This document shows positions 33,433 to 42,517 of a stretch of 64,000 nt of DNA, one piece after another (the first letter of the stretch is position 1; each line of letters starts with the position of its first letter). The stretch comes from an uncultured Oscillospiraceae bacterium. GTDB taxonomy: Bacteria; Bacillota; Clostridia; Oscillospirales; Oscillospiraceae. The position numbers and the translations under genes are program-made. Under the pieces are notes generated by a model. The model worked only from the letters and a program-made list of their open reading frames with translations, was not told the origin of the DNA and ran no database searches. Location of the stretch: assembly GCA_910583885.1 (NCBI GenBank), contig CAJUAC010000005.1:16508-80507 (forward strand), given 5' to 3'.

Positions 33433-33987
33433 ATGCCGGCAAACTCTGCCGCAGCTGCCCGGCGGGATGACCCGCTGGAGCTGCCGCTATTGCTGTTTTT
33501 TACACTCTCCGCCGCCGGATGGGTGTGGGAGGTGCTATTCACTGTCCTCTCCACAGGGCAGCTTGTCAACCGGGGCTTTTTTCACGGCCCCTGGCTGCCG
33601 GTATACGGCGTAGGCGGGCTGCTGATGCTGCTCCTGCTGGGCCGCCGCCAGCAGAGCTGGCTGCTGTTTCCCCTGTGCGCCCTGCTGGGCTGTGGGGTGG
33701 AGTATGCCGTATCCGTCCTGTTGGAAGCCCTATTCCACGCCAGATGGTGGGACTACAGCGGGTGGGCCGGAAACCTGGATGGCCGGGTCTGCCTGGCCAG
33801 TGCCGCCGCCTTCGGCGCGGCAGGCTGGCTGCTGGTCCGGCGGGCGGGTCCGCGCCTATGCGGTACACTGTCCGCCATGCCGGTCCGGCCCCGTGCAGTG
33901 CTCTGCCGCACCCTCTGCATCCTCTTTGCGCTGGATGCTGCCGTATCCATGACTGTGCCCAACATGGGCGGCGGCGTCCCCCTGTGA
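33433..33987 (+). CDS. DUF1113-type membrane protein (database name: putative ABC-transporter type IV)
   Basis: GWVWEVLF....G.LVNRGFFHGPWLPVYGVG and RWWDYS are characteristic. 4-5 TM segments. AAGGGGGG RBS. Confidence 0.65.
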   Translation: MPANSAAAARRDDPLELPLLLFFTLSAAGWVWEVLFTVLSTGQLVNRGFFHGPWLPVYGVGGLLMLLLLGRRQQSWLLFPLCALLGCGVEYAVSVLLEALFHARWWDYSGWAGNLDGRVCLASAAAFGAAGWLLVRRAGPRLCGTLSAMPVRPRAVLCRTLCILFALDAAVSMTVPNMGGGVPL

Positions 33988-34046
33988 TCCTGCTGAACCA
34001 CAGTATACCCCATTGCCGGGGAGATGTCCACCGGGATTCCAAGTTT

Positions 34047-34757
34047 TTATAGACGGATTTCCGCCCTGTTATAGCTGAAGCCGATGAAAGCCAGCATAGC
34101 CAGCACCGCTGCCGCCCCGATTGCCAGCCAAGCCGCCATCCCCATCCCGGCCAGGGCGAGAAATCCCCGCCCAATTCCGGCCAGGAGGCTGCCGCTGCCG
34201 GATTGTACCGCACGAAGGGCCTGGCTAATCACCGCAGGGGCAAAGCACAGAGGAAACCACAGCACAGCGAACCCTTTGAAACCAAAACGGGTATGGACTG
34301 CGCCCAGGAACAGGTCCAGGAGGGCTACGCCCAAAATTAGCGGGATGTATTTCCACTGGAATATCGCCGTCAGATCCAGCTCGTTCTCATAGCCGGGGTA
34401 GAGCAAGCTGTAGAGCCATGTTTCCGCTTGGGTCAGGCACCATGCCACGCCTACGCCCAGCAAGGAGGTCAGCACCGTCAGCAGCGGGTCTATCAGCAGG
34501 AAATCCCGGCGGGTCTGCCCCATCGATACGGCCATGCGGAAACGGGCGGCGGCTCCACCGCCCCGGGCCACCAAACCTGCGAAGACCCCGATAATAGCCA
34601 TCAGGCTTCCGAGTGGGGCGTAATCCTGATCGCTGTTGAAAAAGGTATTGACCACAACCACCAGGACGATCCCGAACAGGAAAAACCCCAGTTGGTAGGC
34701 CATCATCACGAGGGGGGTATTCCGAGTCACTTGAAAATGCCGCTTAAAAAAATACAT
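34047..34757 (-). CDS. ABC-2-like membrane permease (second permease of the YtrA-type operon)
   Basis: 237 aa starting MYFFKRHFQV, with 6 hydrophobic segments and an AAGGAGGG RBS. The upstream part of the 442-aa ORF in the track was rejected. Confidence 0.7.
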   Translation of the reverse strand: MYFFKRHFQVTRNTPLVMMAYQLGFFLFGIVLVVVVNTFFNSDQDYAPLGSLMAIIGVFAGLVARGGGAAARFRMAVSMGQTRRDFLLIDPLLTVLTSLLGVGVAWCLTQAETWLYSLLYPGYENELDLTAIFQWKYIPLILGVALLDLFLGAVHTRFGFKGFAVLWFPLCFAPAVISQALRAVQSGSGSLLAGIGRGFLALAGMGMAAWLAIGAAAVLAMLAFIGFSYNRAEIRL

Positions 34758-34771
34758 GGACGTTTCCCTCC

Positions 34772-35428
34772 TTACAATTTTACTTCCCGTCGGCGCAGCA
34801 GCAGCCATTGAAACAGGATGTCCGCTGCGAACAACGCCAATGCCGCCATAACCAGCCACCAGGGCAGCACTGTCAGGTAGGATACCATCTGCATAGTATC
34901 CGCCGCCAGATTCAAATCGCCTACACTGGCGAGGCCAATAAAGCCGCCTGCCACACCGCTCATGAGGACAACCAGGACTGTTCCCGCCCATTTCCATTTG
35001 ACCGTCAGCGTCCCCAGCAGGCTGCCGGCGGCGGAGGTGATGAGCAGGCCAAACAGGAGGGTTGGGATGCTCTGCAAGCCGGTGCGGGAAAGCTCCCCCG
35101 GCACCAGCAGCCATACCAGCGCGCACACGCCTATGGTGACAGCGATAATCAGCGTCCGGTAGTACTGGAATCCCAGCAGGACGTTGCGCCGCGTCTCCCC
35201 CATGGCAAGCAGGAGAGGGACATACAGGGTCTGTGCGCCGGTGTTGACCATCATGATACTGAACACAGCGGAAAAGCAGAGGAAATAGGGGACCACCGAG
35301 GCCAGCAGGGAGAAGTCCAGACGGTCCGCTTTCAGGATGGAGATGGCCGCCAGAACCCCTGTGATGGCTGCGCATACACCGGCGGTTTCCCAGGTGAAGC
35401 GGGTCCAGAATGCCACATTACGCCTCAT
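34772..35428 (-). CDS. ABC-2-like membrane permease (first permease)
   Basis: 218 aa with 6 hydrophobic segments. Overlaps the ATPase stop by 11 nt. Confidence 0.7.
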   Translation of the reverse strand: MRRNVAFWTRFTWETAGVCAAITGVLAAISILKADRLDFSLLASVVPYFLCFSAVFSIMMVNTGAQTLYVPLLLAMGETRRNVLLGFQYYRTLIIAVTIGVCALVWLLVPGELSRTGLQSIPTLLFGLLITSAAGSLLGTLTVKWKWAGTVLVVLMSGVAGGFIGLASVGDLNLAADTMQMVSYLTVLPWWLVMAALALFAADILFQWLLLRRREVKL

Positions 35429-36299
35429 GCCTTGCCTCCTCGCCGCATAGGGCTACAAAGGCCCGCTGGAGGTTCACCGGCTGGATGGATACATCCCGGC
35501 TCCCATCGATGGACTGCCCGGGCTTGAGGAATACAGTGACTCCTTTGCTTCGGCCGACTGTCTCCGGATAATGGGTCTCCAGGCCCGCCACGGCCGCATC
35601 CACCTCCTCCGCCCGGCCGCTGACATGGCAGGCGCTGTCCACAAAGGCTTGGGTATTCCCCGTTACCAGGATTTTCCCCTCGTGGAGGATGATGACATCC
35701 TCCAATACGTCGGCAGCCTCTTCAATGATATGGGTGGAGATGACAAAGGTACGGCCAGTCGCGGTGTACTCCTCCAGCAGCAGCTGGTAGAACTGCTCAC
35801 GGGCCACCACGTCCAGCCCTGCTACCGGCTCATCCAGGAAGGTGTAAGGGGTTTTGGCACACATAGCTACGATGATCGTAACCATGGAGAGCATCCCTTT
35901 GGAGAGCTTCCCCATCTTCTTTTTGACATCCAGATCGAAGAGCTGGATGAGCCGTTTCTCCAGGTCCTTATCCCAGCCTTCATAATAGATGGCGGCAATG
36001 CGCAGGTACTCCTTGGCCTTCATGGAGGCCAGACCACTCTCTGCATTGGTACTCAGCTCACGGGAAAAGCAGAGCTGCTTGAGGCTGGCACGATTTTCCC
36101 AAACAGGCTGCCCATCCAGGGAGACGGTCCCCCCGGTAGCGGGGTTCTGTGCGGTCAGGATGGACAGGAGTGTGGTTTTGCCCGCCCCATTGCGGCCAAT
36201 CAGGCCATAGATTTTACCTGGCTGGAGCTCCAGGCTGACTTGCCGGAGGACCTCCTTGCCGCCATATGTTTTTACGATATTTTCACAGATCAGGCTCAT
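35418..36299 (-). CDS. ABC transporter ATP-binding protein
   Basis: Walker A GRNGAGKTT, signature LSKGMLS, Walker B FLDEPVAGLD. 293 aa. Overlaps the regulator gene by 4 nt. Confidence 0.9.
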   Translation of the reverse strand: MSLICENIVKTYGGKEVLRQVSLELQPGKIYGLIGRNGAGKTTLLSILTAQNPATGGTVSLDGQPVWENRASLKQLCFSRELSTNAESGLASMKAKEYLRIAAIYYEGWDKDLEKRLIQLFDLDVKKKMGKLSKGMLSMVTIIVAMCAKTPYTFLDEPVAGLDVVAREQFYQLLLEEYTATGRTFVISTHIIEEAADVLEDVIILHEGKILVTGNTQAFVDSACHVSGRAEEVDAAVAGLETHYPETVGRSKGVTVFLKPGQSIDGSRDVSIQPVNLQRAFVALCGEEARHEA

Positions 36300-36661
36300 A
36301 TGCTGCTCTCTCCTATCATGTTCAGTAATTCCTCTTTTGAGATCCCCAGGCTCCTGGCCTCCGCCAGAAGAGGGGTGATATGGTTCTCCGCGAAAGCCGC
36401 CCTTCTCTTTTCCAGTATTTTTTCCCGTGCGCCCTTGGATACAAACATCCCAATCCCCCGGCGCTTGTACAGGATCCCGTCGTCTACCAACAGTCCTACC
36501 CCCTTCGCAGCTGTAGCTGGATTGATCGTATAAAGCTTAGCCAGCTCATTTGTACTTGGAACTTGCTCCTCCTCCAGCAGGATTTTCCGCAAAATGTCTG
36601 TCTCAATCATTTCGCTAATTTGGAGGTAGATCGACTTTTGCTCCGTTAAACGCTCATTCAA
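36296..36661 (-). CDS. GntR-family (YtrA subfamily) transcriptional regulator
   Basis: Short (about 121 aa) wHTH protein: IYLQISEMIETDILRKILLEEEQVPSTNELAKLYTINPATAAKGV..L...G.LYKRRGIGMFV. GGAAGGAGG RBS 7 nt before a TTG start. Confidence 0.85.
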   Translation of the reverse strand: MNERLTEQKSIYLQISEMIETDILRKILLEEEQVPSTNELAKLYTINPATAAKGVGLLVDDGILYKRRGIGMFVSKGAREKILEKRRAAFAENHITPLLAEARSLGISKEELLNMIGESSI

Positions 36662-36695
36662 ATTAGCGCCTCCTTCCACCTCGTTTGTTGTTTGG

Positions 36696-36726
36696 CTAAT
36701 TGGTTAATTAGTTGTGTAATCAACTA
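36696..36726. promoter_or_regulatory. Candidate YtrA-type operator: two overlapping perfect 6-bp inverted repeats
   Basis: CTAATT-ggtt-AATTAG (36696-36711) and TAGTTG-tgtaat-CAACTA (36709-36726), lying 35-65 nt upstream of the regulator start. Confidence 0.4.
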
Positions 36727-36890
36727 TATACCAACCGAACATGATTGTCAAGATAAATCCCGACATTTTTTCAGCTTTGTTGAGTTACTGTTGAAGTGTG
36801 AAAGCTCGAAAGAGCTCGACGCACTTCCATTTTTTGTTAAACGAAAACCACCGGTACGGCCGGCGGTCATGATTTTTCCATACTTGAAAC

Positions 36891-36919
36891 TTGCAAAAAA
36901 AAAACTGATGTGGTAAAAT
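36891..36919 (+). promoter_or_regulatory. Sigma-A-type promoter about 205 nt upstream of smc
   Basis: TTGCAA, a 17-nt spacer, then TGgTAAAAT. Confidence 0.45.
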
Positions 36920-37124
36920 AAAACGCTATGTGAGATGTTTTCCTGTGTTTGAAAACGCAGAGGCGGTAGTTGTGCGGGATAAGGCGGATAGCCGAAAACT
37001 TGTGCGTGCTAGCTTTTGAAAATAACGGATATATCAGGATTTCAGAAATTATGGAAAATACGAAACGCTTCGTGTTGCGGCGGCGCAGGAGGCCGGTCAG
37101 CTTGGAGAAGAAAGGGGCTGTGTG

Positions 37125-40100
37125 ATGTACCTAAAAGCATTGGAAATCCAGGGGTTCAAATCCTTTCCGGATAAGACAGTCCTAAATTTTGGCGAGGATA
37201 TCACCGCCATTGTAGGCCCCAACGGTTCTGGGAAATCCAACATATCCGATGCCATCTGCTGGGTGATGGGGGAGCAGTCCGTTCGCAGCCTCCGGGGCAG
37301 CAAAATGGAGGATGTCATTTTTGGCGGCACAGAGAAGCGCAGCGCCGTGGGCTTTGCCCAGGTGACGTTGGTGCTGGACAATGGTGAAGGGATCTTCCCA
37401 GCCATTGACAGCAGCGAGGTGATGGTCACCCGCCGCTACTACCGCAGCGGTGAGAGTGAGTACTATATTAATAAGCAGTCCGTGCGCCTGCGGGATATCA
37501 ACGAGCTGTTTATGGACACAGGCTTGGGCCGGGAGGGGTACTCCATCATTGGCCAGGGCCGTATTGATGAAATCCTCTCTGCCCGCAGTGCGGACAGGCG
37601 GGAGGTCTTTGAGGAGGCGGCAGGCATCTCCAAGTACCGCCACCGCAAGGAGGAGACGGAGCGCCGTCTCCAGCGCACGGAGGAGAACCTGGTGCGCATC
37701 AACGATAAAATCAGCGAACTGGAGCTCCAGGTCACACCCCTGCGGGCCCAGGCGGAGACGGCAAAACGGTTTTTGCTGCTGCGCGATGAGCTGCGTATTT
37801 TGGAGATTTCTGTCTGGCTGGAGCGTCTGGAGGAGATCAAGACGGCAAAGAACCGCCTCCAGGCGGAGTACGCCGCCGCCAAGGAGCACCAGGAGGCCAC
37901 CAGGGCGCGGCAGGACGCGCTCTATGAGGAGAACGACCGCTTCTCCCTGCGGATGCAGGGGAACGACACGGAGCAGGAGCGGGTACGTCAGGAGGCAGAG
38001 GGCTTTGCCGGACAGGCCAGGGACGAGGAGAATGCCGCAGCCCTGCTGCGTACGAATATCCAGAACCGGAACAATGCCATTGCTGACATCGCCCAGGAGC
38101 TGGCCCGGCAGGAGAGCCGGGGCCGCAGTGCCCAGCAGGAGCTGGAGGCCCAGCGCCTGCGTGTGAAGGAAGTGGAGGAACACACAGCCAGCCTGGAGGA
38201 TGAGCTGGAAGCGCTGCGGGAGAAGGCGCGCCAGGCCGCTGAGAGTGCGGGGAGTGCGGGCCATGAGATCAGCGCCCTCCAGTCGGGAGAGGTGCTGGCC
38301 GCCGATGCCGCTGCCAAGGGCCGTGAACGGCTCTCCGCCCTTTGTGCCAGCCTGGAGCAGATGGAGGGGCGGCAGCGGGATATTGCCCGGGAGCTGGAGG
38401 CAGTCCAGTTCCAGCTGGAGGCCACTGGCCAGGATGCCAAGGCGGCCCGCCGCTCCCTGGAGGATGCCCAGGAGGAGGCCGGTGCAGCCGCCAATGTCAT
38501 CCAGGGCCACACCCTGCGCATGGAGGGCCGGGAGCAGCGGGAGAGGGCGGCAGGCGAGGCCCATCTCCAACTGACAATGGAGCAGAACAACCTGGAGGGG
38601 CGCATCCGGATGCTCTCTGAGATGGAGAAGGAATACGAGGGCTTCAGCAAGGCGGTCCGGGTGGTGATGCAGGCCGGCTACACCCTGCGGGGCATCCACG
38701 GCCCGGTGGCCAACCTGATGCGCACAGACAGCAAATACGCCGTGGCCTTGGAGGTGGCATTGGGGGCCGGGATGCAGAATATTGTGGTAGACCGGGAGGA
38801 GGATGCCAAGACCGCCATCCACTACCTCAAGCGGCGGGACGCAGGCCGGGCAACCTTCCTGCCCTTGACCGCCATCCGCGGCGAGGAGCTGCGGGAGCAG
38901 GGGATTGAAAATGAGTACGGCTTCGTAGGCGTAGCCTCCCGGCTGATCGCCTATGACAGCCAATATGAACAGGTTTTCCGCAGCCTGCTGGGCCGTACTG
39001 TGGTGGCAGAGGACCTGGACTGCGCCATCGCTATGGCCCGCAAGTACCGGAACCGCTTCCGTATTGTCACCCTGGACGGGCAGGTCATCAACCGGGGCGG
39101 CGCCATGACCGGCGGCAGCGTCTCCAAGAGCGCGGGGGTTCTCTCCCGGGCCAACGAGCTGGAAGCCCTGCGGGGGCGGCGCACGGCGCTATCCCAAAAG
39201 CTGGCGGAGGCCCAGCGGGAGAAGGATGAGGCGGCCCGTGAGCTCCAGGCGGCCCGGTATGAGCTCCAGGTGGCGGAGGGCCAGCGGCGTTCCGCCGAGG
39301 ACGCGGTGCTCAAGTTCCAGGGCGAGGTGAAGCAGTACGCCGCCCTGCTGGAGAGCATCCGCGCCAGCATTGAGAACCTGGAGGGGGAGCGGGCCGCGCT
39401 GGCGCAGCGGGTTACGGACAGCCGCGCCCAGCAGGCGGATGTCCAGGCGGAGATTGACGCCCGGGAGGCCGAGGCCGCCCGGCTGCGGCGGACGATCCAG
39501 GAGAAGCTGGCGGGCCAGACAGATTTGCAGAGCTACTCCAACCAACTGAGTGAGGAGATGGCGGAGTGCAAGGAGAAGCTGGCGGGCCTGCGGGCTGAGC
39601 GGGCCGCCTGCCAGGAGGGACTGGCCCGCCTGGAGCAGACCCAGCGGGATCTGGAGGGGGACCGGGAGCAGCGGCTGCGCCGTATGGAGGAGTACCGCTC
39701 CGCCAACGAGGCGGACGAGGAGGAGAGCACCCGCAGGACTGGCGCGGCGGCATCCCTCCGCCTGCAAGCCCAGACGAGCCAGTCCCGGCTGCGGCAGCTC
39801 CAGGATGCCCGGCTGCACCTGGAGCAGGAGCGCACCGCCATGGGGGCGCGGCTCAAGGAGTGCAATGAGGCGGTGCTGAACGCCGAACGGGAGGCTGGGC
39901 GGCTGGAGCAGCGCCTGAATACCGGCGGAATGGAGGAGAAGCAGATCCTGGATAAGCTCTGGGATAGCTATGAGCTCAGCCACTCCGCCGCCATGGAGCA
40001 GCGCATAGAGCTGGAGAGCGCAGCCAAGGCCAACCGGCGCATCGGCGAGCTCAAGAAGGAGATCAGCGGCCTGGGGGCCGTCAATGTGGGGGCGATTGAG

Positions 40101-40691
40101 GAGTTCCAGCGTATCAATGAGAGGTACACCTACCTGACTGGCCAGCGCGACGATGTGGAGCAGGCCAAGGGGGAGCTGGCGGGGATCATCGGGGAGATTA
40201 CCCGGGAAATGACCGTTATTTTTGCCGAACAATTCCAGCTGATCAGCGCGTCCTTCCAGGAGACGTTCCTGGACCTGTTCGGCGGCGGCCAGGCCACGCT
40301 GGAGCTGGAGGATCCGTCAGATATCCTGGGCTGCGGCATTGAAATCAAGGTGCAGCCTCCGGGGAAGACGCTGAAAACGCTGTCCCTGCTTTCCGGCGGG
40401 GAGAAGGCGTTTGTAGCCATTGCACTGTATTTCGCTATTTTGAAGGTGCATCCCACGCCGTTCTGCGTGATGGACGAGATTGAGGCGGCCCTGGACGAGG
40501 CCAATGTGGTGCGGGTGGCCCGGTATATGCGCTCCATTGCGGATAAAACCCAGTTTATTGTGATTACCCACCGGCGGGGCACCATGGAGGAAGCGGATAT
40601 ACTATATGGCGTGACCATGCAGGAGAAGGGCGTCAGCAAGATGCTCAGCATCAACCTGAATGACGTCTCCGAGGAATTGCATATCAAATAG
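37125..40691 (+). CDS. smc: Chromosome segregation protein SMC
   Basis: MYLKALEIQGFKSF...GPNGSGKSN, long coiled coils, a hinge (GPVANLM...), and C-terminal LSGGEKAFVAIAL...DEIEAALD. 1188 aa. Confidence 0.95.
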   Translation: MYLKALEIQGFKSFPDKTVLNFGEDITAIVGPNGSGKSNISDAICWVMGEQSVRSLRGSKMEDVIFGGTEKRSAVGFAQVTLVLDNGEGIFPAIDSSEVMVTRRYYRSGESEYYINKQSVRLRDINELFMDTGLGREGYSIIGQGRIDEILSARSADRREVFEEAAGISKYRHRKEETERRLQRTEENLVRINDKISELELQVTPLRAQAETAKRFLLLRDELRILEISVWLERLEEIKTAKNRLQAEYAAAKEHQEATRARQDALYEENDRFSLRMQGNDTEQERVRQEAEGFAGQARDEENAAALLRTNIQNRNNAIADIAQELARQESRGRSAQQELEAQRLRVKEVEEHTASLEDELEALREKARQAAESAGSAGHEISALQSGEVLAADAAAKGRERLSALCASLEQMEGRQRDIARELEAVQFQLEATGQDAKAARRSLEDAQEEAGAAANVIQGHTLRMEGREQRERAAGEAHLQLTMEQNNLEGRIRMLSEMEKEYEGFSKAVRVVMQAGYTLRGIHGPVANLMRTDSKYAVALEVALGAGMQNIVVDREEDAKTAIHYLKRRDAGRATFLPLTAIRGEELREQGIENEYGFVGVASRLIAYDSQYEQVFRSLLGRTVVAEDLDCAIAMARKYRNRFRIVTLDGQVINRGGAMTGGSVSKSAGVLSRANELEALRGRRTALSQKLAEAQREKDEAARELQAARYELQVAEGQRRSAEDAVLKFQGEVKQYAALLESIRASIENLEGERAALAQRVTDSRAQQADVQAEIDAREAEAARLRRTIQEKLAGQTDLQSYSNQLSEEMAECKEKLAGLRAERAACQEGLARLEQTQRDLEGDREQRLRRMEEYRSANEADEEESTRRTGAAASLRLQAQTSQSRLRQLQDARLHLEQERTAMGARLKECNEAVLNAEREAGRLEQRLNTGGMEEKQILDKLWDSYELSHSAAMEQRIELESAAKANRRIGELKKEISGLGAVNVGAIEEFQRINERYTYLTGQRDDVEQAKGELAGIIGEITREMTVIFAEQFQLISASFQETFLDLFGGGQATLELEDPSDILGCGIEIKVQPPGKTLKTLSLLSGGEKAFVAIALYFAILKVHPTPFCVMDEIEAALDEANVVRVARYMRSIADKTQFIVITHRRGTMEEADILYGVTMQEKGVSKMLSINLNDVSEELHIK

Positions 40692-40704
40692 AGGAGGAAC
40701 AGCC

Positions 40705-41583
40705 ATGGGGTTTTGGCAGAAACTGAAGAAGATCTATATGGGCGACGTGTTCGGCTCGGCCATCAGCGAGGCGGACGAGGCATTTTTTGAGGATTTGGAG
40801 GAGATGCTGATCCTAGCCGACGTGGGCATGGAGACCGCTGCGGAGGCGGTCAAGGAGCTGCGGGAGCGGATGATTGAGGACAAGATCTCCGGCCAGGAGC
40901 CGGTAAAGGCCTGTTTGCGGGAGATCCTTGCGGAGAAGCTGCAGGTAGGTGATGGGGCGTTGAATCTCTCAACCCGGCCCTCTGTGGTTTTGATGGTGGG
41001 TGTCAATGGCGTGGGCAAGACCACCTCCATCGGTAAGCTGGCCGACAGCCTCCGGCGGCAGGGGAAACGGGTGCTGCTGTGCGCAGGGGACACCTTCCGG
41101 GCGGCGGCGGCAGACCAGCTGGAGATCTGGGCCAACCGTGCCCGCTGTGAGATTGTCCGCCAGAAGGAGGGGGCTGACCCCGGGGCGGTGCTTTTCGATG
41201 CCCTCCAGGCAGCCAGGGCCCGTGGGGTGGATGTGGTGCTCTGCGACACCGCCGGGCGGCTGCACAATAAGGCCAACCTCATGGCGGAGCTTGCCAAGCT
41301 GCGCAAGATCATCGGCCGCGAGATGCCGGATGCGGCGTTGGAGGTGCTGCTGGTGCTGGATGCCACCACCGGGCAGAACGGACTGATCCAGGCCAAGCAG
41401 TTCCAGGAGATCTCCGGCTGTACAGGCATCGTCCTGACCAAGCTGGACGGCACAGCCAAGGGCGGCATTGTCATCGCCATTGCCCAGGAGCTGCAAGTGC
41501 CGGTGAAGTTCGTGGGCCTGGGCGAGGGGATTGGAGACCTCCAGCCCTTTGACGCACAGGAATATGTCGGCGCACTGATCTGA
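40705..41583 (+). CDS. ftsY: Signal recognition particle receptor FtsY (short form)
   Basis: GVNGVGKTTSIGKLA, DTAGRLHNK, LTKLDGTAKGG. 292 aa. Confidence 0.93.
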   Translation: MGFWQKLKKIYMGDVFGSAISEADEAFFEDLEEMLILADVGMETAAEAVKELRERMIEDKISGQEPVKACLREILAEKLQVGDGALNLSTRPSVVLMVGVNGVGKTTSIGKLADSLRRQGKRVLLCAGDTFRAAAADQLEIWANRARCEIVRQKEGADPGAVLFDALQAARARGVDVVLCDTAGRLHNKANLMAELAKLRKIIGREMPDAALEVLLVLDATTGQNGLIQAKQFQEISGCTGIVLTKLDGTAKGGIVIAIAQELQVPVKFVGLGEGIGDLQPFDAQEYVGALI

Positions 41584-41598
41584 CAGCGGGGCACAGCG

Positions 41599-41778
41599 AT
41601 GTGGCAGAAGTGGAAAAAGAACCTCTCCCCGATGCACCGGGCGGTACTGGGCCTGGCCCTGCTCATTGGCGGCATCGCCATGGGCCGGATGCAGTCCAAT
41701 TTTGTGCCGTACCTGGGGGATGTGCTTTGCCTTGTGGGGGTCTATGCGCTGTACCAGGCGGTCAGGAACAAGGGATAA
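41599..41778 (+). CDS. Small (59-aa) two-TM membrane protein
   Basis: MWQKWKKNLSPMHRAVLGLALLIGGIAMG...YLGDVLCLVGVYALYQAVRNKG. It is below the 60-aa cut-off of the ORF track. The overlapping 68-aa frame looks non-coding. Confidence 0.4.
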   Translation: MWQKWKKNLSPMHRAVLGLALLIGGIAMGRMQSNFVPYLGDVLCLVGVYALYQAVRNKG

Positions 41779-41793
41779 AGGAAGGATACCATC

Positions 41794-42516
41794 ATGGATC
41801 GTATTGACGGCAGGGCGTATGACCAACTGCGCCCAGTAAAAATAACCACCGGCTTTGTGGACTTTGCCGAGGGCAGCGCCCTCATTGAATGCGGCAGGAC
41901 GAAGGTGCTCTGCTGTGCCAGTGTGGAGGAGGGGGCGCCCCGCCATGTGCCCGAGGGTACGGGCTGGGTGACAGCGGAGTACTCAATGCTGCCCCGGGCC
42001 AACCGGGAGCGTAGCCGCCGGGATGTGAGCAAGCTCAAGCTCAGCCCCCGCTCGGCGGAGATCCAGCGGCTGATAGGCCGCAGCCTCCGGGCGGCGGTAG
42101 ACCTGTCCGCCCTGGGTGAGCGGACCATCACCATTGACTGCGACGTGCTGCAAGGCGACGGCGGTACCCGCACGGCCTCTGTCACCGGCGGCTTCGTGGC
42201 CCTGGCCATTGCCTGCGATGCGCTGGTGCGGGCAGGGAAACTGGAGAGGAACCCCCTCCGAGGGTACGTGGCCGCTGTCTCTGCGGGCATTGTGGAGGAC
42301 CGGCCGCTGTTGGATCTCTGCTATGAGGAGGACAGCCGGGCCATGGTGGATCTCAACTGTGTGATGAATGAGCGGGGGGAGCTCATCGAGCTCCAGGGCA
42401 CCGGCGAGGGCCGGGGCTATACCGTGGCGGAGCAGCAGGAGCTGGTGCGGCTGTGTACCGGCGGTATCGGGCAGCTGATCGGGAGACAGAAAGAAATTGT
42501 AGAGGGGCTTATCTGA
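41794..42516 (+). CDS. rph: Ribonuclease PH
   Basis: RIDGRAYDQLRPVKIT....AEGSALIE.G.TKVLC, and GDGGTRTASVTGG. 240 aa. Confidence 0.93.
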   Translation: MDRIDGRAYDQLRPVKITTGFVDFAEGSALIECGRTKVLCCASVEEGAPRHVPEGTGWVTAEYSMLPRANRERSRRDVSKLKLSPRSAEIQRLIGRSLRAAVDLSALGERTITIDCDVLQGDGGTRTASVTGGFVALAIACDALVRAGKLERNPLRGYVAAVSAGIVEDRPLLDLCYEEDSRAMVDLNCVMNERGELIELQGTGEGRGYTVAEQQELVRLCTGGIGQLIGRQKEIVEGLI

Positions 42517-42517
42517 C

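Noticed and set aside
34047-35375. 442-aa minus-strand ORF reported as one protein
   Set aside because: Only the downstream 237 codons (from MYFFKRHF at 34757, with a strong RBS) look like a membrane protein. The upstream half is an out-of-frame shadow of the real permease gene at 34772-35428.
36962-36969. GGCGGTAG octamer identical to the RfaH ops core, upstream of smc
   Set aside because: An 8-mer is expected by chance about once or twice in 64 kb on two strands. RfaH/ops is a proteobacterial system. The context is smc rather than a polysaccharide operon, and the downstream bases deviate from the 12-nt ops.
41601-41807. 68-aa ORF listed in the track after ftsY
   Set aside because: It has a GTG start with no RBS and a Pro/Gly/His-rich translation. 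The +1-shifted 59-codon frame from ATG 41599 gives a plausible two-helix membrane peptide instead.
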